The position numbers were made by a program, and so were the translations under genes. A model generated the notes under the pieces. That model did no database searches. It was given only the letters and a program-made list of their open reading frames with translations, and was not told the origin of the DNA. 64,000 nt of DNA from Fidelibacterota bacterium (GTDB lineage Bacteria; Fidelibacterota; Marinisomatia; Marinisomatales; JABMOV01): NCBI GenBank assembly GCA_013203145.1, contig JABMOV010000081.1:10765-74764 (forward strand), read 5' to 3'. Numbering within the stretch: position 1 is the stretch's first letter; every line of letters starts with the position of its first letter. This document shows, one piece after another, positions 10,907 through 21,095 of this stretch.

Positions 10907-11702
10907 TTATTGAATCCTTTATGATAAAGACATGATTCAATGAATTCAGATCGTTGTAAATCTTTATAGTAATAATTTTTTGAAAACTTCCACGCTCTTC
11001 ATATACTCCAGTCACCTTACCAACCGGAAGATCAGGAGGATATATATCACTGAATCCTGACGTAACAACCCTGTCACCTACATCAATTTGTGCGTTTTTA
11101 GGGACTTCATGTATTTCGCAAATTTGACCAGATATATACCGCATTATTCCCGAAGCTCCACTGGGTTGAACACGTACGGCCAATCGATAATTGATGTCAT
11201 TCATTAGTTGAACAATGGATTCAGAATCAGATGTTAAAATAATTTTTCCAATAACACCTTTATCGGTCAGTACCGGAGTATTGGGGTTTACTCCTTCTAC
11301 CCTACCAATATCAATAACCGCAGTCTGAATCCCAGTAGTCATCCCTGTGGATGTAATAATTCCAGGAATTAGCTGAAGTGGATTTTTCTGTTTAAAATCA
11401 AGGAGTCCCTTAAGTCTTTTATTTTCTTCATCTGCCTTGAGTAATGTCTCTAATTGTAAAACTAATTGCGTATTTCTTTCTCGTAATAAGGCACTTTCTT
11501 CTTCTACATACATTAGATGCTGAATATGTGAAATTGGTTCGGTAAGAATGGAAAATACTGAAATGAATTTACTCCTGAGATAAATGATCTCTGGAGCAGT
11601 ATTTGATAAATAGATTAAAACAGATGTAACAAATGTTACGAAAAATGTAATGTGGTGTCTATTTCGACTTATTCCATAATAAAAAGATCGCATCAGAATC
11701 AA
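10899..11702 (-). CDS. mreC: rod shape-determining protein MreC
   Basis: N-terminal TM, coiled coil (ENKRLKGLLDFK), then beta-rich domain (GVIGKI, SGFSDIYPPDLPVGKV). Confidence 0.85.
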   Translation of the reverse strand: MILMRSFYYGISRNRHHITFFVTFVTSVLIYLSNTAPEIIYLRSKFISVFSILTEPISHIQHLMYVEEESALLRERNTQLVLQLETLLKADEENKRLKGLLDFKQKNPLQLIPGIITSTGMTTGIQTAVIDIGRVEGVNPNTPVLTDKGVIGKIILTSDSESIVQLMNDINYRLAVRVQPSGASGIMRYISGQICEIHEVPKNAQIDVGDRVVTSGFSDIYPPDLPVGKVTGVYEERGSFQKIITIKIYNDLNSLNHVFIIKDSING

Positions 11703-12731
11703 TTACATTAATACGGCCTCATACCGTTTAATATTTTCTAATACCATGCCAGTTCCTCGGACAACCGATAATAACGGTTCTTCTGCTACATTGACAGGTA
11801 CATTCGTCCGTTCGCGGATAATTTGATCAATACCTTTTAATAAACTTCCTCCACCAGTCATGATAATCCCACGATCAAGGATGTCTGCAGCCAGTTCAGG
11901 GGGAGTATTTTCTAAAGCTCGTTTTACAGCTTCAACAATTTGATTTACTGGATCTTTTAAAGCCTGTCGAATCTCATCTGAAGAAACTTCGATGGTTTTT
12001 GGAATCCCAGAAACCAAATCACGTCCTTTTACTGAAATAGTTTCAATTTTCATCCTCATTGCTGAGCCAACGGATTTTTTAATAGCTTCTCCGGTAGGCA
12101 ATCCAATTTCTAATTTATGTTCGTTTCTAAACCATTGGACAATAGCTTCATCCATCTCATCACCAGCAATACGAATTGTTTCTTTCGTTACAACTCCATC
12201 TAGCGCAATTACGGCAATTTCAGTTGTTCCACCACCGATATCAACGATTATGTTACCCACGGGCTGACCAATATCAAGCCCAATACCAATAGCCGCAGCA
12301 ACTGGTTCTTCAATTAAATATACCTCACGAGCATTGGCGCGCTCTCCAGAGTCTTTTACAGCACGCCTCTCAACCTCTGTTACACCTGATGGTACACAAA
12401 TCACAATTCGTGGACGTGCGAGGCGATTTAAATTAATTTTTCGAACAAAACCCTGCAACATTCCGTCAGTCATATTAAAGTTGGCAATTACACCATCCTG
12501 TAATGGACGTATTGTTTCCAATTCGCGATGAGTCTTTCCCATCATTGCTTTTGCTTCGGTACCGACCGCAATAATTTTACCATCATTAACTGATCGTGCT
12601 ACAATTGATGGTTCATTTATTACAATCCCTTTTCCGCTAAGCCAAATAAGAGTATTTGCAGTTCCCAAATCAATTGCAATATCACCTGAAATCCAATTGA
12701 AACTTTTAGATAGTGAGTTTAATATGCCCAT
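11703..12731 (-). CDS. mreB: actin-like rod shape protein MreB
   Basis: IAIDLGTANTLIW, DIGGGTTEIAV, GIIMTGGGSLLKG. The track ORF extends to 12767. The ATG at 12731 (MGILNSLSKSF...) fits the usual MreB N-terminus better. Confidence 0.95.
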   Translation of the reverse strand: MGILNSLSKSFNWISGDIAIDLGTANTLIWLSGKGIVINEPSIVARSVNDGKIIAVGTEAKAMMGKTHRELETIRPLQDGVIANFNMTDGMLQGFVRKINLNRLARPRIVICVPSGVTEVERRAVKDSGERANAREVYLIEEPVAAAIGIGLDIGQPVGNIIVDIGGGTTEIAVIALDGVVTKETIRIAGDEMDEAIVQWFRNEHKLEIGLPTGEAIKKSVGSAMRMKIETISVKGRDLVSGIPKTIEVSSDEIRQALKDPVNQIVEAVKRALENTPPELAADILDRGIIMTGGGSLLKGIDQIIRERTNVPVNVAEEPLLSVVRGTGMVLENIKRYEAVLM

Positions 12732-12804
12732 AGTATTATATGTTTCTCGGTTTGTCGAAGAGTACAAAATTTAAAGATATTTTTATTCAATATCATTGAC
12801 CTAA

Positions 12805-13572
12805 TTAACTTTCTGCCAAACCATATGCGGATTGTAGCAATTTTGCCGTATAAGAATGTTCTTGTGCAGCAAAGATTTTTTCAGGATACCCTCTTTCAAC
12901 AATTTTCCCCTGATGCAAAATTATCATTTCATCGGCAAATGATTTTACGACATGTAAATCATGGGTAGTAAACAGAATACCAAGATTTCGTACTTTTTTT
13001 AGATTATCCAATACATTCAAAATTTTAGCCTGCACGGATACATCTAAAGCAGAAACAATTTCATCACAAATTAATATGTCAGGATTCATCGCCAGTGCTC
13101 TACCAATATTCGCTCTTTGGCATTGCCCACCTGATAATTCATGTGGATATTTAGCCATTACATCCACACCTAGTTCTACCTGACTCAGTACTTCAACGAT
13201 TTCGCTTTCTAATACTGATCCGTTAAACGATTTAACCAGTACTTCTCTAATACATTGACCGATAGTCATCCTCGGATTTAATGAACTGTATGGATCCTGA
13301 AAAATAAATTGAATCTTTGAGCGAATGTCTCCCATGTCAAATGGTGAGAATGCTTCTCCATTAAACTTCATTGTTCCATGAAGATATGGTACCAATCCCA
13401 CAATTGCCAATCCTAGCGTTGATTTACCACTTCCGGATTCACCCACAAGAGCTAATATTTCCCCTGGTTTCACCGTCAGGTTTATATTATTAAGTATGGA
13501 AGAAATTTCACCCTTACCTGGATCTGATTTATTCAATGAATATCCTGCTGATATAATTGAAACTTCTAACAT
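12805..13572 (-). CDS. orphan ABC-transporter-type ATPase (DppF/OppF-like nucleotide-binding domain)
   Basis: Walker A GESGSGKST, signature LSGGQCQR, Walker B ILICDE. No permease or binding protein adjacent. Confidence 0.85.
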   Translation of the reverse strand: MLEVSIISAGYSLNKSDPGKGEISSILNNINLTVKPGEILALVGESGSGKSTLGLAIVGLVPYLHGTMKFNGEAFSPFDMGDIRSKIQFIFQDPYSSLNPRMTIGQCIREVLVKSFNGSVLESEIVEVLSQVELGVDVMAKYPHELSGGQCQRANIGRALAMNPDILICDEIVSALDVSVQAKILNVLDNLKKVRNLGILFTTHDLHVVKSFADEMIILHQGKIVERGYPEKIFAAQEHSYTAKLLQSAYGLAES

Positions 13573-14097
13573 CTATTTTTCCACTGATTTCAATCCGTCT
13601 TTACTCAATTTATCGGCCACAGTATTTTTTTCGCGTCTCACATGACTGATTTTCCATGATGAAAATTTTTGCAATAAGTCAATCGCTTGAGCATATAAGG
13701 GCTGCATATTGGGATGTTTTACTCGATACTCGCCTTTGATTTGTTTTACGATAAGTTCACTATCTGAGTTTATGTTAATTGAAGATATTTTCAATTCAAG
13801 TGCAAGTTGGATCCCTTTTATCAAAGCCTGATATTCGGCTTCATTATTTGTGGCATCATGTAAATATTCAGAAAATGAATAAAGTTCAGTTCCATTTCTA
13901 TACATTACACCACCAATACCAGCACGTTTATTTTGAAGATTTGCTGCTCCATCGATAAATAAATCAATGACTTCATCCTTTCCACACTTGGTGATCAGTG
14001 ATTTTATCGTCGACGCATAAGGATCTTTAATTTGTTTTACAATTTCTGTCGTCAATCCTTTGGCAATCGCATCAATTTCTTGAATGGTCAATTTCAT
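13573..14097 (-). CDS. RNase HI-family (RNase H-like) protein with about 45-aa N-terminal extension
   Basis: Catalytic pattern DGA...NNEAEY...NSDSELIV...NTVADKL. The ATG at 14097 overlaps the upstream stop (ATGA). Track ORF trimmed accordingly. Confidence 0.8.
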   Translation of the reverse strand: MKLTIQEIDAIAKGLTTEIVKQIKDPYASTIKSLITKCGKDEVIDLFIDGAANLQNKRAGIGGVMYRNGTELYSFSEYLHDATNNEAEYQALIKGIQLALELKISSININSDSELIVKQIKGEYRVKHPNMQPLYAQAIDLLQKFSSWKISHVRREKNTVADKLSKDGLKSVEK

Positions 14098-14894
14098 GTA
14101 TATTTTCTTCCTGAATAAGGGTTTGCGGTATATTTGCTTGGACACTCTTTCCAATAATAACACCAGTTACATAGCATACTTTCTTTCGCCTCAAACACTT
14201 GTCCATTCGCTATATGTGATTTGATAGATTTAGCTCGCTTGATGATATCTTGTTTATGTTTCAATTTTTGAACATCAGATCGTTGAGATTCAACTCGGCT
14301 ACCTGCTTGTAAGAAATGCCAAACTAACGATACATCTGTTTCTGTTGAATATTCATTTTCAATTGCAAACTGATATATTGATAGTTGTAAATCGTTGTCA
14401 GCTTGTTTTTGAGCTAATGCACGTTTTCCAGTCTTATAATCATGAATAGTAATTTTTCCTTCATTGGTTTTATCAACTCGATCAATAAAGCCAATAAACC
14501 GAAATCCATCTTCTAATTCAAAATCAAATGATTGTTCTACTCCAATTACTGGTTCAACAAATGGATAATAAGTACGATAATACCATGCGATACATTTTTC
14601 GCCCAGCGCAAGATAATATTCCCAATTTAACTCTCGTCTGAAAATGGCAATTCTTTCATGCCAATTATCTTTCCATAAGGTATGATATACTTCAAATAAT
14701 TCATCTATTATCGGAGTTATTGATTCATCTTTTCGCTTATTGTACAAATACTCCAATACTTCATGTACACGTTTTCCTACAAAAGCCTCAATAGATTCAT
14801 CCTTATTTACGATGCCATCCAGATAGCGTATTTTAAATTGTGCAGGACATTGTTTAAATGTAGATAGTCTACTATATGAAAAATATTCAAGCAA
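14094..14894 (-). CDS. PD-(D/E)XK nuclease, Cas4/AddB-like with Fe-S cysteine motif
   Basis: SYSRLSTFKQCP N-terminus, IDRVD...IHDYKTGK nuclease core, C-terminal CNWCYYWKEC (C-x2-C-x5-C) plus the N-terminal Cys. Confidence 0.8.
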   Translation of the reverse strand: MLEYFSYSRLSTFKQCPAQFKIRYLDGIVNKDESIEAFVGKRVHEVLEYLYNKRKDESITPIIDELFEVYHTLWKDNWHERIAIFRRELNWEYYLALGEKCIAWYYRTYYPFVEPVIGVEQSFDFELEDGFRFIGFIDRVDKTNEGKITIHDYKTGKRALAQKQADNDLQLSIYQFAIENEYSTETDVSLVWHFLQAGSRVESQRSDVQKLKHKQDIIKRAKSIKSHIANGQVFEAKESMLCNWCYYWKECPSKYTANPYSGRKYT

Positions 14895-14895
14895 A

Positions 14896-16155
14896 TTACC
14901 ATCCGCTGGTAGGATAACCTAAAAATGGTTCATTAAGACGAAAATCACCAAAACCATTGGTATCAACAAACGTAAATCGTTCATTAATCCGATGGTAATA
15001 CCAAACTTCATAAGAATTTCTTGAGTTGGGCATATTGATACGTTCTAAATCATCAGGTGGACCCATTAGAATATATATCATACCCATATCTGAACGCCAA
15101 CCTGGCTGAAAATTTGAAAAATGTTCGTTAGAGAAACTAACCCGTCTATAATATTCTTCCATCAGCTCATTAAATGACGTCATTGGTGTAGGATCACGAT
15201 CAATCCATAATTCAAAAAATAGTTTTTCCTTATCTCTATTAGATATTTTCTTTAGTCTCTGCTTTTCTTCATTACTTAAAATGTACCTCATTTGCTCTAG
15301 CGCAGAATCAATATCTTCAACAAATCGTGAGATTCCTTTCTGTTTTAATCGCACATCAGTAATTTTCTCATCCTGATTTTTACCTTGATGAATCTCCGTA
15401 ACAAGATTCATGTAAACTCCAAACAATGAGTCGGCAGGAATTTGTATAGTGTAATGAAACCAATCTTTATTGTTTTCTTCCGTTTTATGATCTTCCCAAA
15501 TTGTCTCTTCATTATATTCCAATGAAATATTTAACTCATAAGGAATTGGGTTGATATAACCAGATATATAAACAAAAAGCGATTCTGGGTAATCGGAATA
15601 ATTTGTACTAATTAAAGGAAAAAGATTCGGACCAAATCCCCAATCTCCCTTTTTATTCACCAAAATAACTGGTTCTAGTAATTGGGGCAATTCAGAATTA
15701 ATACCATATGAAAAGGTTTCTGAACGATATCCATTTTTGTGCGTTTCTAAGTCGGTAATTTCTGCAACGATTGTCAGTTCATCGAGTGGAACAACAATTT
15801 GTTTTCCATGGGATACATGACTTTTAATGGAAATGGTTTGCAAGTAATCCTCTACCCAAATTGATTCCTGCCAGATTAATCGTTCATATTGATGGTGATC
15901 TTTACCTTGAACAGCAATCGTAGCTTCATATTCTGCTTTAAATCCGCTACTATCTTTAACAAACTGCAAGCTGGAGTAGGGTATTTCCAACACGGTGATT
16001 ATCTTCATAGAATCCTTTGCAGAAACCGCAATGGGAACTACTTTTATCTCAAAATCATTAATTACCTGGTACTTTTTTTTGTCCTGTCGCCCAACATCGC
16101 CAACTGCAATACCGAGCATTAATATTATCAGTAAACCATTAAAAATTCTTTTCAT
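14896..16155 (-). CDS. GWxTD domain-containing secreted protein
   Basis: C-terminal GWRSDMGMIYILMGPPD and YEVWYY motifs typical of GWxTD. The start at 16155 (MKRIFNGLLIILML signal peptide) overlaps the upstream stop as ATGA. Confidence 0.75.
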   Translation of the reverse strand: MKRIFNGLLIILMLGIAVGDVGRQDKKKYQVINDFEIKVVPIAVSAKDSMKIITVLEIPYSSLQFVKDSSGFKAEYEATIAVQGKDHHQYERLIWQESIWVEDYLQTISIKSHVSHGKQIVVPLDELTIVAEITDLETHKNGYRSETFSYGINSELPQLLEPVILVNKKGDWGFGPNLFPLISTNYSDYPESLFVYISGYINPIPYELNISLEYNEETIWEDHKTEENNKDWFHYTIQIPADSLFGVYMNLVTEIHQGKNQDEKITDVRLKQKGISRFVEDIDSALEQMRYILSNEEKQRLKKISNRDKEKLFFELWIDRDPTPMTSFNELMEEYYRRVSFSNEHFSNFQPGWRSDMGMIYILMGPPDDLERINMPNSRNSYEVWYYHRINERFTFVDTNGFGDFRLNEPFLGYPTSGW

Positions 16156-17789
16156 AAATCCATTCTCCAATTGAACCAGACCAAGCCTTGATCCGTACCA
16201 AGCCAACATTCTTCATCATTAATATACATATCGTTTATATGACGAATATATGAATAATTGTAATGATAATATCCCGAACCATTTTTGTGCATACGATATA
16301 ACCCATTGTCCGTTCCGATAAATATGATATCATCAATCACTTTTAACGATTTCACAGGTCTGTTTTGGAACTGGGTTGGATTCATTACCATTTTCTTTGT
16401 ACGATCCCGAAGATTCCATTGAAAAATACCAGACGATGTGGCAGTATATACTAACGAATCCTGTAATTCAGTTTGCCAGCAAATGAACATGATATCATTA
16501 TCACCATTTGTCCATTGATTACCAGGAATTAATTGCTCACTTTTCTTGTTGTAAATGAACATTCCAGAATTGGTAGCAAACCAGACATCATTCCCTATCA
16601 CGTCAATATCATAAACAATTATGGAATGAAATGCACTTCCCAGATCAAATGGATATTGTTTTGTTTTTATATCATCAAAACGCTCAACGCCTCCAATACC
16701 ACCGATCCATACTGCACCTGAATCCCATTCCATTGTATAAATTTTACTCGTGGTATAGGTGATAATATTTTTCCAATAGTCCCGTTTTTTGTTGTAAATG
16801 GATATATTTCCTTCGCCGCCTAACCACAGGTGCTTGGGAGTCTCTAATCCTGCTGTATATGACACATTTGGCAGGTTAATATTCACATCGGGGTCTACCC
16901 AATCAATTATGTTTCGAGTTGGATCAAAATAGGTAATTCCTTTACTAGAATGTTGTAATCGACCAGCAAGATAGAATGCTGATGTTCCAATCAGTGATGA
17001 AATATCGCTATTTGCTAATCCCAATTTATGCGGTCTGAACATTTCCATCTGAGGATCTGCGACAAGAATATGTCCATTATCCGTCCCAATCCAGGTACTA
17101 CCATTTTCCTGCTTGAAAATAGTTGTAGCTCTTACTTCACGCCCGTAATAATCGAGAAATTTATCGAGTAACATCATCCAGCCATCGGTAATCGTATAGT
17201 CTTGCAGATATTGCGGAAATTCCATGAAATATTCCAATCGGCCACTACTCCATGTAATTAATGGATCATCAAGGTTTGGCATTACATTGAGCAATACGCC
17301 GGATGATCGATCAAGCTGATAAAACATGGTTCTGGCATCAACACATAAATAATTATCTGTGCTCCCTAGATTTTTTATTTGTGGATTGTCGTTCATTCCA
17401 ATATCATTTTTCTCGATATTATACCACTGTCCTTCTCTATCATAGCTATAGGATAAGTGTTTTGGAGTCGCAACCCACAAGGTTCCAGTATTTTTATCGA
17501 AATGGACAGACTCTATTGAATTATGTGGTAATCCTTGAGCTACTGTCAACGGATCTTCCCAATCCTGACTATAAATATTATAGCGATATACGCCACCATG
17601 GGATGACCCCACGTAAACATATGAATATCCCTGGGAAATTGATGTAATGGAACCAGATTGCCGAAAAAGCACCCAATCCATGGGATTAAAACGAGAATCA
17701 ACTTGAGAAAAGGCGAATTGCAGTATTACGGTCGAAAATAGAACGATGTCCCTTGTTTCTTTGAGGGGAAGTATAAATAATGTACGCAA
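16152..17789 (-). CDS. secreted beta-propeller repeat protein (two-component-regulator-propeller-like)
   Basis: Repeated W/G-rich blade motifs (LWVAT, TWIGTDNG, VWIGG, VWFATNSG, CWLGTDQGL). Signal-like N-terminus. Confidence 0.6.
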   Translation of the reverse strand: MRTLFILPLKETRDIVLFSTVILQFAFSQVDSRFNPMDWVLFRQSGSITSISQGYSYVYVGSSHGGVYRYNIYSQDWEDPLTVAQGLPHNSIESVHFDKNTGTLWVATPKHLSYSYDREGQWYNIEKNDIGMNDNPQIKNLGSTDNYLCVDARTMFYQLDRSSGVLLNVMPNLDDPLITWSSGRLEYFMEFPQYLQDYTITDGWMMLLDKFLDYYGREVRATTIFKQENGSTWIGTDNGHILVADPQMEMFRPHKLGLANSDISSLIGTSAFYLAGRLQHSSKGITYFDPTRNIIDWVDPDVNINLPNVSYTAGLETPKHLWLGGEGNISIYNKKRDYWKNIITYTTSKIYTMEWDSGAVWIGGIGGVERFDDIKTKQYPFDLGSAFHSIIVYDIDVIGNDVWFATNSGMFIYNKKSEQLIPGNQWTNGDNDIMFICWQTELQDSLVYTATSSGIFQWNLRDRTKKMVMNPTQFQNRPVKSLKVIDDIIFIGTDNGLYRMHKNGSGYYHYNYSYIRHINDMYINDEECWLGTDQGLVWFNWRMDL

Positions 17790-18773
17790 CTATGAATTAT
17801 TGTGATAGTCTAGGATTTCAGAAAGTTTCTCCAGGGATATGGGTACAACACCAACTTCTTCACAAACTTTTCCTGCAGCATAATTCGCCAAAACTACAGC
17901 CTCTGTGGCAGATGCTCCGGATAAATCAGAAAGAGTAAATGTGCTAATGACAGAATCTCCGGCACCAGATACATCGTGAACGCGCCGTGCTTTTGTTGGA
18001 ATTGTATTTAGTCCTTCCTCAGAAAAAAGTGCAATTCCATCTTTCCCGCGTGTAACCATAAGCAATTCAACATTCATCGAATCACGAAGTTTCATTCCCA
18101 ATTCTTGAAATCGCGTTTCTTCAAATTCTTCAGGTATACAATTCAAGAACTCCGGAAAATTCGGTTTAAACAAACGCACATTGCTGAACGCTTCAATATT
18201 CTGTTTTTTGGGATCAACATATACAGGAATATTCTCAGCATTACAGGTGGTAATGATATGTTGAATGAAGTTTGGCGTGAATAAACCCTTATTGTAATCT
18301 TCAATGATAACTGCATCGTAATTTTTAACTATTTCAGATGTCATTGTTTTTAGGGATTCATAAAGATTTATTGAATAATGCTCCAAGGATTCCTGATCAA
18401 TACGCACAACTTGCTGACCATGAGCTATCACTCTGGTTTTTACAGATGTTGGTCGAGTATTATCCTTTAAAATTCCCGATGAATCAACACCATTCTGATC
18501 AAATAAATTAACAAGTTTTTTGCCATGGTTATCATCACCAACAACTCCAATGATTGTAACCTGTGCTCCAAGTTTCCTCAAATTAGCTACGACATTGCCC
18601 GCTCCCCCTGGGTTTTCATTGGTTTCTTGAATATGAACAATAGGCACGGGTGCTTCTGGAGAAATTCTTTCAGCAATTCCCCAGAGATATGCATCAATCA
18701 TTAAATCACCAATTACGAGAATTGATTTTTCAGAATATTGAGATGTAATCTGTTCGAATCGTTTTTGATCCAT
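17790..18773 (-). CDS. D-glycero-beta-D-manno-heptose-7-phosphate kinase (RfaE domain I / PfkB family)
   Basis: ILVIGDLMIDAYLWG...RISPEAPVPIV...NPGGAGNVVANL...GAGDSV. Confidence 0.8.
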   Translation of the reverse strand: MDQKRFEQITSQYSEKSILVIGDLMIDAYLWGIAERISPEAPVPIVHIQETNENPGGAGNVVANLRKLGAQVTIIGVVGDDNHGKKLVNLFDQNGVDSSGILKDNTRPTSVKTRVIAHGQQVVRIDQESLEHYSINLYESLKTMTSEIVKNYDAVIIEDYNKGLFTPNFIQHIITTCNAENIPVYVDPKKQNIEAFSNVRLFKPNFPEFLNCIPEEFEETRFQELGMKLRDSMNVELLMVTRGKDGIALFSEEGLNTIPTKARRVHDVSGAGDSVISTFTLSDLSGASATEAVVLANYAAGKVCEEVGVVPISLEKLSEILDYHNNS

Positions 18774-19393
18774 TATTCGTCCACTTCTGAATAGGTAGCT
18801 TTAGGTAAAATAATCATTAGTACAAAATAAATAATTGCTCCGGTTCCTGCAGTCATAAATGTACCGAATACCCAAATGAGACGGATAATATTTGAATCTA
18901 CATTTACTGATTCTGCAATGCCCCCACAAACTCCAGCTACCTTTTTGTCTGTTTCAGACAAATGAAGAGGCAAAGCTGCTTCTTTATCAAAAAATGCAGT
19001 CAAGTCCTTCCGACGGTAAAATAGCATATAGGCACCAATAAGAATTAAACCCATTGAAAATATGGCATTCAAACTTGTGCCCCAAAAAGAATACAAAATT
19101 GTCTTAAACAAATAATCATGTTGTATTAGAACAATCACACCGACGACGACCAGAATAAATCCCCAAAAACGTGATTTTTTTACACCCAGATTGGGTTTTG
19201 TTTTGATTTCAATACCCTCATCGGGTATTATGATCGAGGCAAGTATATACCCCAGAATTCCTGAACCACCGAAAAGTGTAAAGAATATCCATAACATCCT
19301 GATTAGGGTTGAGTCGACGTTAAAGTAATCTGCAAATCCACCGCATACTCCAGCGATAATACGATCATCCTGGGATCGGGTAATCCTTTTCAT
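18773..19393 (-). CDS. membrane protein with two PspC domains
   Basis: Two copies of the PspC N-terminal motif (IAGVCGGFADYFNVDSTLIRMLWIF and VAGVCGGIAESVNVDSNIIRLIWVF), each followed by TM helices. Confidence 0.8.
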   Translation of the reverse strand: MKRITRSQDDRIIAGVCGGFADYFNVDSTLIRMLWIFFTLFGGSGILGYILASIIIPDEGIEIKTKPNLGVKKSRFWGFILVVVGVIVLIQHDYLFKTILYSFWGTSLNAIFSMGLILIGAYMLFYRRKDLTAFFDKEAALPLHLSETDKKVAGVCGGIAESVNVDSNIIRLIWVFGTFMTAGTGAIIYFVLMIILPKATYSEVDE

Positions 19394-20340
19394 GATGACT
19401 CCTCCGATAATATTTTTAAATGACCATGCACACTGTCCGCCAATCCCTTTAATGAATATCCACCTTCGAGAACTGATAATAATCGACCATTACAACTTGA
19501 GTCTGCTAATTGTTTAAAGGTTGATGTCATTTGGTTAAATCCATTTGTTGTTACGTTCATACCACCTGATGGATCCAACTCATGTGCATCAAAACCGGAC
19601 GACAAAATAATCAAATCCGGTCGGTAAGACAAAACTTTATCAGCAATCGAGTTATTTACAATATCTAAATATACGTCATCACCTGCATGTACTGATAACG
19701 GATAGTTTATTGTGTAACCTCTACCGTCATTCCGTCCTATTTCATCTTCGGCACCAGTACCCGGATAAAATGGAAATCGGTGTAAACTGATATACATTAC
19801 TGATGGATCATCCTCGAATATATGTTGCGTACCATTTCCATGGTGGACATCAAAATCTATAATAACAATGCGATCCATATTATAAATAGATTTCGCATAT
19901 CGTGCAGCAATGGCTACATTATTGAAAAAGCAGAATCCCATCGCACTTGATTCTTCGGCATGATGACCGGGAGGACGAATGGTCGCAAATGCATTATTGC
20001 ATTGTCCATTCATTATCGTATTTATTCCTTGAATCGTCCCACTTACTGCAAGATTTGCAGCCATATAAGTATCATTACTTATAGGATTATCACTGGAATT
20101 AAAAAATGTATCTCCCATATCAACCGCATCCTGAAATCGTTTCTGGTAGCTCATTGGATGAACCAAATTAACATAATTCGTTTCACCTTGGATAGTAGGA
20201 TTAATATGATATAGTTGATCCCATAACCCACTCGATTTAAGCGAATTAATTATCGCCTCTAATCGTTGTGGAGATTCTGGGTGTTCAGAACCCGTTTTAT
20301 GCTTTAAATAGGTGTCGGATGTAATAAAGCCAGTAATCAC
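19390..20340 (-). CDS. histone deacetylase-family (acetoin utilisation/HDAC-like) deacylase
   Basis: RPPGHHA, DFDVHHGNGTQ, SSGFDAH, EGGY motifs. Confidence 0.88.
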   Translation of the reverse strand: MITGFITSDTYLKHKTGSEHPESPQRLEAIINSLKSSGLWDQLYHINPTIQGETNYVNLVHPMSYQKRFQDAVDMGDTFFNSSDNPISNDTYMAANLAVSGTIQGINTIMNGQCNNAFATIRPPGHHAEESSAMGFCFFNNVAIAARYAKSIYNMDRIVIIDFDVHHGNGTQHIFEDDPSVMYISLHRFPFYPGTGAEDEIGRNDGRGYTINYPLSVHAGDDVYLDIVNNSIADKVLSYRPDLIILSSGFDAHELDPSGGMNVTTNGFNQMTSTFKQLADSSCNGRLLSVLEGGYSLKGLADSVHGHLKILSEESS

Positions 20341-20363
20341 AGATGGACACTTTTAATCAAATA

Positions 20364-21059
20364 TTATCGATATGTTTTAGTATTTGACTTGGGTGTACCT
20401 GGACGAATTTTTGCAATATGACCATTATCCAAATGGATTAGAACCGATGCAAATTTTCGAATATGTTGTTCAGTAGGTGCAGCAAGAATAATTGTCGTTC
20501 CCAATTCTTTGTTCATTTTTTTCAAACGACGTCGAAACTCATATTCTAAACCTGAATCTAAAAGTGTACCATAATCGTCAATCAATAATACACGGGGATC
20601 ACCTTCCACAGATTGAATCATAGATATCCACGCTTTTTCACCTGGTGATAGACTTTTTATTGGCTGATTCCAAAATGTTTTCTGGACGCCTTTAGAAAAA
20701 TATTTACTCTGAATCGTACTGGTTTTTTTAGGGAATTGTTTAGAAAACAATTGGTTGATTTTTTTGTTTTCTGGCAAAGAATCTGAAGAGGAAAGAAAAA
20801 TGCTTTCATTTCCTGTTACCTTCCCAAACCAGCCTGATTTGAAGGTTTCTCCTTCGTAAGTCATTGAACCATCAGTTTGTTTTTCATGACCTGCAAGGAT
20901 TTTAAGTAACGTTGATTTTCCAGATCCTACAGGACCAATAAGACCGTAAACAGTTCCCGGATGGAATTGAAGTCGACCGATTTGTAATACAGGTCTATTG
21001 CCGTAGACCTTTTTAAGATCTATGACTTCATAAATAAGTTTTGATTTTTGACTCATCAT
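20364..21059 (-). CDS. degenerate orphan ABC-type ATPase
   Basis: Walker A GPVGSGKST. Atypical signature LSPGE. Walker B LLIDD is followed by Y rather than the catalytic E. About 60-aa insert between Q-loop and signature. Confidence 0.7.
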   Translation of the reverse strand: MMSQKSKLIYEVIDLKKVYGNRPVLQIGRLQFHPGTVYGLIGPVGSGKSTLLKILAGHEKQTDGSMTYEGETFKSGWFGKVTGNESIFLSSSDSLPENKKINQLFSKQFPKKTSTIQSKYFSKGVQKTFWNQPIKSLSPGEKAWISMIQSVEGDPRVLLIDDYGTLLDSGLEYEFRRRLKKMNKELGTTIILAAPTEQHIRKFASVLIHLDNGHIAKIRPGTPKSNTKTYR

Positions 21060-21095
21060 TTACTCCTTGTATATGACGAATCGGAAAGAGAGTAA

